Below are positions 56,688 through 64,000 of a stretch of 64,000 bases of DNA, one piece after another. The position numbers were made by a program, and so were the translations under genes. The notes beneath the pieces were generated by a model. That model was given only the letters and a program-made list of their open reading frames with translations. It searched no databases and was not told the origin of the DNA. Every line of letters starts with the position of its first letter. Positions within the stretch are counted from its first letter, which is position 1. The stretch lies in the sequence record LC680885.1; one strand, 5' to 3'. This DNA is from Staphylococcus phage S6.

Positions 56688-57059
56688 ATGGGCGATATTA
56701 GTAAAGACAATTTATATATTTTTAGAGCAAAATGTGAAAGAGTAGTTGATGGTGACACTATCGATGTCATTATTGATTTCGGTTTTGATGTGAGTGCAAA
56801 AAGAAGAGTAAGAATTCTTGATGTAGATACTCCAGAAAGAGGACAAGATAATTTTAAAGAAGCAACTGAATTTGTTAAAGAACGTGTGGAAGGTAAAGAG
56901 TTACTATTACAAACTTACAAATCTGATGTTTTTGGAAGATACCTTGCTAGAATTTGGTATAATAATGAAGATACTGGTAAAGTATGTTTAAATGATGAAT
57001 TATTAATGTCTGATCTGTTAAAACCAAATTCAAAATGGAATAATATGAACAATATTTAA
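56688..57059 (+). CDS. thermonuclease (staphylococcal nuclease / SNase-fold)
   Basis: VVDGDTIDV and RVRILDVDTPE match the SNase DGDT and R.RL.GID.PE motifs. FGRYLARIWYNNEDTGKVCLNDELL matches the YGR.LAY...G..VNE.LV block. Confidence 0.72.
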   Translation: MGDISKDNLYIFRAKCERVVDGDTIDVIIDFGFDVSAKRRVRILDVDTPERGQDNFKEATEFVKERVEGKELLLQTYKSDVFGRYLARIWYNNEDTGKVCLNDELLMSDLLKPNSKWNNMNNI

Positions 57060-57064
57060 AAATT

Positions 57065-57100
57065 ACCTAATACCTAAATACTGGTATTAGGTTTCTTATT
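57065..57100 (+). terminator. terminator hairpin
   Basis: Stem ACCTAATACC / GGTATTAGGT, then TTCTTATTT. Confidence 0.55.
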
Positions 57101-57143
57101 TAAGCCTTTAAAAATAAAATACATTTAAGGAAGTTGGTATATT

Positions 57144-57677
57144 TTGAATAAGTTAAATTTAGACAATATTGAAGATTTATCATTAATGGTTAAAAAACTA
57201 AGACCTGAAATTGAAGAATCGACAAATGAATTTAGAATGATATCTGAATTAGAAAAAATATTTATACAATACAATCTTAAAAATAGAATTCTTGAAAAGT
57301 CTTCTGAATTTAATATATTTGAATTTAATGAAATTTTAAATGGTCAGCATAATAAAGACGATGTGTTTAGTTTCTTTGTTAATTTCAAAGATTTTTTAGA
57401 TTATGAAGAAGATATAGATATCTATGGTTTAATAGAAATAAATGTATTTGATAATCGTTCTCTTAAGGAAGAAATGGATATTCAAGAATTAGACGATTTT
57501 ATGGTACAAGGAAAAGCTTATATCATATCAGAATCTTTTAATTTTATTGATAAGAAAGTTCCTATGTATTTTGGAGATTTTTATATAGGGGAATATGGTA
57601 TGATGCAAAATCTAGATTTCATGAAGGACATATACTCTGAAGTAATGATGACTATAAATGACGAAGGTTTATTATAA
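57144..57677 (+). CDS. hypothetical acidic protein (177 aa)
   Basis: ORF only. Confidence 0.4.
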   Translation: MNKLNLDNIEDLSLMVKKLRPEIEESTNEFRMISELEKIFIQYNLKNRILEKSSEFNIFEFNEILNGQHNKDDVFSFFVNFKDFLDYEEDIDIYGLIEINVFDNRSLKEEMDIQELDDFMVQGKAYIISESFNFIDKKVPMYFGDFYIGEYGMMQNLDFMKDIYSEVMMTINDEGLL

Positions 57678-57709
57678 ACATCAAATTATTCACACATATA
57701 GATGGAGAG

Positions 57710-57955
57710 ATGTTCGCTATGAAAATATTTTACAATTCTTATATTCTCATGGATACAGGTCCTTCAATAGATTCTTATAATTATGATGGAACATATATTA
57801 GTCAAAGTGAAGATTTAACAACAGCTAGTTTCGTATCTAGTGATGAATTCCTCGGATTTCTTTTAATTTCACTCATATCTATATTTTTAGTATCGTTTGT
57901 CATATTTAGAACTATAAAGAACAATAGAAAGAGAAAGAAAAATAAGAAAAGATAA
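57710..57955 (+). CDS. small membrane protein with a basic C-terminal tail (81 aa)
   Basis: TM segment FLLISLISIFLVSFVIF, then RKRKKNKKR. Confidence 0.35.
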   Translation: MFAMKIFYNSYILMDTGPSIDSYNYDGTYISQSEDLTTASFVSSDEFLGFLLISLISIFLVSFVIFRTIKNNRKRKKNKKR

Positions 57956-57963
57956 ATATTAAA

Positions 57964-58006
57964 TTAACCTAATACTCTAAATAATGAGTATTAGGTTAAT
58001 ATTTTT
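57964..58006 (+). terminator. terminator hairpin
   Basis: 14-bp stem TTAACCTAATACTC / GAGTATTAGGTTAA, then TATTTTT. Confidence 0.6.
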
Positions 58007-58062
58007 AGAAATTTGCAATAACGAGAATTTATAATATTTAAAAGTAAAGGATGAAATAGATA

Positions 58063-61000
58063 ATGGCAGAAGTTTTTAATAAAGATTTAAAAGAAATAGT
58101 TCACGATAATATGATGATATATTTTAATGAAATTAACACTAACCGTCAAATACCAGATATTAGAGATGGTTTGAAACCTATTCAAAGAAAAATACTTTAT
58201 ATTATGTATAAAAATGGTTATAGATCTGATAAGAAATTTGCTAAATCAGCTAGAATAGCTGGTGACACTACTATATTACACCCACATAGTAATGATGGTA
58301 TTTATGATTCTGCAGTTAATATGGTTACACCGTTTTCTATGAACCAACCATTAATTGAAGGACATGGTGCATTTGGTTCTATTACAGGAGCTTCAGCAGC
58401 CGCTTCACGTTATTGTTTAACTGGAGAACATATAGTTGATATGAGTAATGGAGAACTTGTAAGAATTAAAGATATAGTACCTCATAGTGAATTAGACAGT
58501 GATAATAAAATTGATAAAGTTGTCATGGACTTTAGACGTAAACCAGTTAAAGCAATTAAATTCTTTAATTCAGGTAAACATAATGTAATGGAATTAAACA
58601 CTAATGCAGGCAAAACTATTAAAGCCACACCAAATCATCCTTTATTAACTGTAATCAAACACCCAACAAAAGGATTAGATTTCAAATGGAAAACAATGGA
58701 TGAAATTAAAGAAGGAGATTATTTAATCAACAGAACTATGATTAAAAATGATCTCAAAGATTTTAGAAGTAAAAATCTTAATGAAAATGAAAAAGAAAGC
58801 TTTAAAAAATGGGGAGAAATTCTTTCTAATAAATATTTTAATAGAACTTTAGATCCTGAATATGGAGTATTAATGAGAAGTATTGAAACTGAAAAGAGTC
58901 TTCCTAATAAAGTATTAGAAGCTTGTTTAGGTTATAAAAGAGAATTCTTATTAGAGTTATTTAAACAAGATGGATTTATTGTAGATAATATTGGTTTAGT
59001 TATCGAAAGTCATAGTAAAAGATTCTTGCAAGAAATAGCTACTTTATTATCTCAATTTGGTATTTATTCTGTGATATCATTATTCAGTGATAGTGATTAT
59101 AGATTACAAATTCAAGATATTCACTCACTTAAGAATTTATCTAAACACTTAATTAAAGATGATGATTTATTTAAAGATAAAATTGATGAAATTATTGATA
59201 TGTATAGAAATTTAGAAAGTAATAATCCATATCAAGTTATTCCTTATTTAGATGAAGTATTAGATGAGAGAAAAATGACTTCTTATCTATATCCAGAGTT
59301 ATTTAATACTAGAAAGAATTTCTTAAATAACTTTAATTTACTTGAAGAAGAATACGGTATTGAAATTGAAGAAAGAGATCATTTAATGTTATTTATCTCT
59401 AAATACTTAGATAACTATACTTATTTTGAACAAGTAGAAAGTATTGAAGAGTTGGAAGAAGAGGAAGTAGTTTATTCTATTAAAGTTGATACAGATGATC
59501 ATTCATTTATGTCTGAAGGATTTATTCATCATAATACAGAAATGAGATTAAATAAATTCTCAGAAAGAAATTTATTAGATAATATCAATGATAATGCAGT
59601 TAATATGGTTAAGAACTTTGATGGATCAATGTTAGAACCTTTAGTGTTACCTTCTAAATTACCTTATGTATTAGTTAATGGTTCATTTGGTATTGGTGGT
59701 GGAGGACATAGATCTGATTTGCCACCACATTCTACTGAAGATGTAATTAATATTACTATTGACAGAATTAAAAATCCTAATAAGAAATTAAAAACACTTA
59801 TTAAAGATAATAAATTTAAACCACAATTTCCTTATGGTGGAGAAGCATTTTGTGATGATTTAGAGAAATGTTATCGTACAGGTAAAGGTTCTATGTTATT
59901 AAGATCTGTAGTTGAAAAAGATGAAAGTAAAATGACTCTTACAATTAAAGAAATTCCTTATAACGTTACTTTGACTAGGGTTAAAGAAGCTATCAGAGAA
60001 GCACATAAAGAGGAACAATTAGATGGTCTTAAAAATATTAGTGACGGAACTCAAAACGGAGATGTTCGTTTAATTCTTCAATATACAAAATCTTCTGACT
60101 TAGATTTAGCATTAAATCAATTGTATAAAGTTAAGACAATTACTTCTAGAGTTAACTTTGATGTTAAATTAGTAGATAATAATAAGCTAGTGGAAACTAA
60201 TTTATTAGGTATTATTGATAGATGGATTGAATTTAGACAATCAACTGTGAAACGTTTTAAATCATTTAAAATTAAAGATTTAAGAAGTCGTATTCATATT
60301 ATTGAAGGTCTATTAGTTGTATTAGATTCTAAGAATATCGATGAATTAATTAAAATAGTTAAATCTGGTAAAGGTAAAGAAGATATTATTGATGTAGTTA
60401 GTAAGAAATTTGGTATATCTCATGCACAAGCTTCTTATGTAGCTGAAATGAAACTATATACAATTAATAATCTTGAAATCAACAAATTGGTTGAAGAAAA
60501 GAAAGAAAAAGAAAAGATTGTTAATGAAGAAATGGTATACATGAAAGATGTAAGTAAACTGAATGATCTTATTATTAATGAAATGAAAGAAATTAAGAAA
60601 GATAAAAATACACTTAAACCATCTAGATTAACTAAGTACTCTGATATTGATTTTAAAAATGATAATAAAGAATTATTAATTAAAGATGAAGATTTCATGT
60701 GTATTATTACTAGACAAAATAAGATTAAGAAAGTTAAAGATGAAATTAGTAAACCTCAAAAGAGAAATGGTAAAGGTATCTCTATTGGTAAATTATCAGA
60801 TGGTGATATTCCATTAAACATCTTTAATGCTAATAGTAAAGATAACTTATTCTTAATTACTGATACAGGAAAAATATTCTATGATAAAGTTTATGAATTC
60901 CCTGAAATTAAATCATTGAATAACTTTGGTAAAGATATTAGTAGATTTGTTAAGAATGAAAAGATTATTAAAGCATTTACTTTAACTGATGAAGAATTTA

Positions 61001-61617
61001 AAGATCCAGATACAGCTTTTGTAGTAACAACAGCTTTGAATAAAACTAAAATGGTTATGGTTGAAGAAATTAAAAAATCTGGTGTAATTCTTATGAAATT
61101 AAATGAAGATGATAAAGTTATCAATGTTCATAATGTACATTCTAAGAAACCATTTAATTTAATAGCTATATCTGAAAAAGGTAATGCTATTAGATTCTCA
61201 AGTGAATTAATTCCAGTTCAAAATAGAAATACAATTGGTTCTTCTATATTCAGTAATACAACTATTAATAAAGATAATAAAGTTGCTTCAACTGTAGTTG
61301 ATTCTGGACAAGATAAGATGTTAATAGTAACTCATAAAGGTTTAGCTAAACAAATTATGACTGAAGACATTCCAGTTAAATCTAGAATGATTAAAGGTGT
61401 AATTGCAGCTAAATTTAAAAATGAAAAAGATTCTGTAATGTATATTAGTATGATAGATGATGAAGAAGATAATCTATTATTAGTTACTGAAAACAAAACT
61501 ATCAATGTACCTTTAAAAGAAATCAATACGTATAAAAGAACAACTTATGGTAATCCAGTAATGAAACTTAATGATAACGAATTCTGTATAGATTCTTCTA
61601 TCATTAAACATAATTAG
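58063..61617 (+). CDS. type IIA DNA topoisomerase DNA-cleavage subunit (GyrA/ParC-like; T4 gp52 equivalent) interrupted by an intein
   Basis: The extein reads IRDGLKPIQRKILYIMY (GyrA RDGLKPVQRRILY) ... GAFGSITGASAAASRY | TEMRLNKF, matching the GyrA AAMRYTEARL block whose Y is the catalytic tyrosine. The intein lies between RY and TE. Confidence 0.85.
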   Translation: MAEVFNKDLKEIVHDNMMIYFNEINTNRQIPDIRDGLKPIQRKILYIMYKNGYRSDKKFAKSARIAGDTTILHPHSNDGIYDSAVNMVTPFSMNQPLIEGHGAFGSITGASAAASRYCLTGEHIVDMSNGELVRIKDIVPHSELDSDNKIDKVVMDFRRKPVKAIKFFNSGKHNVMELNTNAGKTIKATPNHPLLTVIKHPTKGLDFKWKTMDEIKEGDYLINRTMIKNDLKDFRSKNLNENEKESFKKWGEILSNKYFNRTLDPEYGVLMRSIETEKSLPNKVLEACLGYKREFLLELFKQDGFIVDNIGLVIESHSKRFLQEIATLLSQFGIYSVISLFSDSDYRLQIQDIHSLKNLSKHLIKDDDLFKDKIDEIIDMYRNLESNNPYQVIPYLDEVLDERKMTSYLYPELFNTRKNFLNNFNLLEEEYGIEIEERDHLMLFISKYLDNYTYFEQVESIEELEEEEVVYSIKVDTDDHSFMSEGFIHHNTEMRLNKFSERNLLDNINDNAVNMVKNFDGSMLEPLVLPSKLPYVLVNGSFGIGGGGHRSDLPPHSTEDVINITIDRIKNPNKKLKTLIKDNKFKPQFPYGGEAFCDDLEKCYRTGKGSMLLRSVVEKDESKMTLTIKEIPYNVTLTRVKEAIREAHKEEQLDGLKNISDGTQNGDVRLILQYTKSSDLDLALNQLYKVKTITSRVNFDVKLVDNNKLVETNLLGIIDRWIEFRQSTVKRFKSFKIKDLRSRIHIIEGLLVVLDSKNIDELIKIVKSGKGKEDIIDVVSKKFGISHAQASYVAEMKLYTINNLEINKLVEEKKEKEKIVNEEMVYMKDVSKLNDLIINEMKEIKKDKNTLKPSRLTKYSDIDFKNDNKELLIKDEDFMCIITRQNKIKKVKDEISKPQKRNGKGISIGKLSDGDIPLNIFNANSKDNLFLITDTGKIFYDKVYEFPEIKSLNNFGKDISRFVKNEKIIKAFTLTDEEFKDPDTAFVVTTALNKTKMVMVEEIKKSGVILMKLNEDDKVINVHNVHSKKPFNLIAISEKGNAIRFSSELIPVQNRNTIGSSIFSNTTINKDNKVASTVVDSGQDKMLIVTHKGLAKQIMTEDIPVKSRMIKGVIAAKFKNEKDSVMYISMIDDEEDNLLLVTENKTINVPLKEINTYKRTTYGNPVMKLNDNEFCIDSSIIKHN
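58414..59535 (+). mobile_element. intein (374 aa) with a LAGLIDADG-type homing endonuclease domain, inserted directly after the catalytic Tyr codon of the GyrA-like gene
   Basis: Begins with Cys (CLTGEHIVDM) and ends ...GFIHHN, followed by Thr as the +1 extein residue. Internal LAGLIDADG-like blocks LLELFKQDGFIV and FLQEIATLLSQFGIYS. Removing it restores the contiguous AAASRYTEMRL. Confidence 0.75.
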
Positions 61618-61628
61618 TTGAGAAAGAA

Positions 61629-61817
61629 GTGTATTATATGAAACCATGTAAATATATTATAAAAATAAGTAATGATTCTTATCTTTGCTATAAGTATGAT
61701 GAGCCTTTAGAAACAACAGATAAAAAGAAAGCAACTAGATTTAATGAGCTTGAATTAGCACAAGAAGAAGTGAAATTAATGGGAATTGGTGAAATTGAAA
61801 AAATTCCTTATAAATAA
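61629..61817 (+). CDS. small hypothetical protein (62 aa)
   Basis: ORF followed by an 11-bp terminator hairpin GGGAGATGGCA/TGCCATCTCCC (61828-61855) and a T-run. Confidence 0.35.
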   Translation: MYYMKPCKYIIKISNDSYLCYKYDEPLETTDKKKATRFNELELAQEEVKLMGIGEIEKIPYK

Positions 61818-61933
61818 AAATTAATCAGGGAGATGGCATTAATTTGCCATCTCCCTCATATTATTAATTTTTTGGTAAATTCTCTTGAAACAACCAAATA
61901 TTGTTAAATAAAAAGAATTGGATGTGAAATATA

Positions 61934-63670
61934 TTGGAAAAGAAATATATTAGATGTAATTCATGTAGTTCAGTACAAGAATATAGTGAAGATATTACAT
62001 CTTGTTCGGAATGTAGTTCTGAAAATATTTCAGTCATTAAATCTCCTGTTGATTTAGTTAATGAAGCTGAAGTATTAGTTACAGAATCTGAAATGGATTT
62101 CTTATTAGACTATAATGATTATCAAGAATACGATAAAAAAGGCAAATCTTGTTGGTTTGATATATATTTAATTAAGTATCCTAGAGATAATACTCAAATT
62201 AAACATATTGTATTACAGAATCAAAAAGGAAGAGAAGAAGATTTATTAATTGATTACGCTGGAGACGATAAAGGTGGTAATCCTATTGTAATAAATGATA
62301 CAGGAAGTATTAAGACTGTATTAAATGATGTTGATACTTTATCTGAAGTTGTTAAAGTTAGATTCTTAAGTAAAGAATCAACTAAGAGAAGAGGTAAAGA
62401 AGATTTTGGTTTAAATTCAGAAGAATACGTATCATTTAATAAAGATAAATATAATTTTTATAATGATGCTAAATTAAGAACTTTAGTTAAAGTTTTAGAA
62501 TCAATGGGCAACACATTATTCTTAGATAGCAAAAGTGATATTGTATGGAATAAAATATTCACTGAACACAATGTACTTAATTCACCTTTATTTACTTATC
62601 AAGAAGTAATGGATTACAATGAGACTAATCTTTATAAAGAATATGGAGATTATGAATTTGAAGAAAGATTAGAAGACGTTATATACGAATATCAATTAGA
62701 AAATGAAATTGGTGTATTTAATTTCTTATATAATAAAAATAAAGGTAATAAGCCTAAATTTACTGAAGATATGGAAGAAGTATATGCTACAGTAACTCCA
62801 TCTATGTTGTTATCTGATGATTTTAAAATGTCAGAAGATCACGGTAGAATTAATCCGAATGTATTGTCTTTATTATACTTTAAAATATTAGAAAAGAAAT
62901 TAGGTATTAGATCAATTGAATTAGTAACATATGTAAATTCTAATAGAGATGACATAATTCTATTCCCTGTTTCTTATAACGGTCAAGGATATGTATTAGC
63001 TGACTTTAAATTAGACAGTCCTATAGTTTTTAAAAATATGGATGATGTTAATAAATATTGTGCATACCAATTTGGATATGATCAAGAAAATGAAGAAAAT
63101 GAAAATATATTTAAATTCTCAGTTAAAGAAGTACCTGCTGAATTTAATTTCCAAAAAGCTATTTCAAGTAATATGGAAATAATTGAAAGATTCTTTATGA
63201 AATTCAATGAGAATACTTTAAATGAAACTGTATTAGAACCAGAATCAATTTTAAATGAAGCTGTTGGAGATAATAAAAAGAAACGTCAAGAAATACAAAA
63301 TAAAATATTAGACGTTATTTCTTCATTAGACAAAGATCAATCTAATATGAATAAATATAAAACATTCTTTGATGAAATGAATGATGAAGAATTCATGAGA
63401 TATATTAAGAGATTTGTTAATAGTAATGAAAACTTCTACATTGAAGTATTACCTAATAAATCTGAAGCTGGATTTAAAGAAGTTGAAGAAGCTTTAAACA
63501 AACTTGATGTACCTATGAATGAATTTGTTTATTATCGACATGATGGAAATAAAGATGATCCTTTAAGAACTAGATATAAAGTTCCAGTAGGGTATTTGCA
63601 TGTAAAACGTCTACGTGTGAAACGTTACACAAGAAAGACAATGAAGATTGTTGAGGATTGTGTGGCATAA
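61934..63670 (+). CDS. hypothetical protein with an N-terminal CxxC...CxxC zinc ribbon (578 aa)
   Basis: CNSCSSVQEYSEDITSCSECSS at residues 8-29. The rest is unrecognised. Confidence 0.5.
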   Translation: MEKKYIRCNSCSSVQEYSEDITSCSECSSENISVIKSPVDLVNEAEVLVTESEMDFLLDYNDYQEYDKKGKSCWFDIYLIKYPRDNTQIKHIVLQNQKGREEDLLIDYAGDDKGGNPIVINDTGSIKTVLNDVDTLSEVVKVRFLSKESTKRRGKEDFGLNSEEYVSFNKDKYNFYNDAKLRTLVKVLESMGNTLFLDSKSDIVWNKIFTEHNVLNSPLFTYQEVMDYNETNLYKEYGDYEFEERLEDVIYEYQLENEIGVFNFLYNKNKGNKPKFTEDMEEVYATVTPSMLLSDDFKMSEDHGRINPNVLSLLYFKILEKKLGIRSIELVTYVNSNRDDIILFPVSYNGQGYVLADFKLDSPIVFKNMDDVNKYCAYQFGYDQENEENENIFKFSVKEVPAEFNFQKAISSNMEIIERFFMKFNENTLNETVLEPESILNEAVGDNKKKRQEIQNKILDVISSLDKDQSNMNKYKTFFDEMNDEEFMRYIKRFVNSNENFYIEVLPNKSEAGFKEVEEALNKLDVPMNEFVYYRHDGNKDDPLRTRYKVPVGYLHVKRLRVKRYTRKTMKIVEDCVA

Positions 63671-64000
63671 TAAATTATGCTAACTTTTTAGTTGAATAAG
63701 CAGTATCTACCTATAAAGATACGATATGCTATTAATAATACTCCCGCATGTATAAAAAGTGATTTTTATATGTGAAGCCGGGTGAAGACACTATATTTTA
63801 ATTATAGTGGTTAGGGAAATGTATATGGTTAGGAACACAAACTATTTATGAATGTCCTTTATATATTAGTATTAAATGTAGACTTAATACTATGATTTAA
63901 TTGATAGGTTATTAAATCTCTTAACGGAATATAAAGGGAACAGATAGAACCTAAGTACATTTATTTACCTAGACTAAAAGGAACGTTTGATATCTCATAA

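Overview
This window is a very AT-rich (about 28-30% GC), densely coded stretch that looks like part of a large (jumbo-type) dsDNA phage of a low-GC Firmicute host. The host inference rests on extended Shine-Dalgarno sites of the AGGAGGTGA family placed 7-10 nt before ATG/TTG/GTG starts, and on many Rho-independent terminator hairpins. Part 1 content, in order: a 5'-truncated GroEL-like chaperonin; a block of probable virion or hypothetical genes, including an Ala/Lys-rich protein and two giant ORFs of 1651 and 1747 aa; a DnaB-family helicase and an SbcD/Mre11-type nuclease on the minus strand; a cell-wall amidase with two PG-binding repeats; a topoisomerase II split into a GyrB-like and a GyrA-like gene, the latter interrupted by a 374-aa LAGLIDADG intein placed directly after the catalytic tyrosine; two free-standing HNH homing endonucleases; a metallo-beta-lactamase-fold hydrolase, a staphylococcal-nuclease-like thermonuclease and a lipoprotein. 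Part 2 headline: a 504-codon reverse transcriptase (YADD motif) with three co-directional unknown genes, 3.5 kb of which sits immediately downstream of a 1.1-kb ORF-free locus. That locus holds five tandem ~200-bp units, each a conserved AT-rich promoter-like module followed by a different GC-rich, strongly self-complementary core. The last core is closed by 10-nt terminal inverted repeats and is retron-ncRNA-like. Several ORF-track starts (the MKWIM N-termini) are artefacts of an ATG or GTG that overlaps the SD; corrected starts are given.
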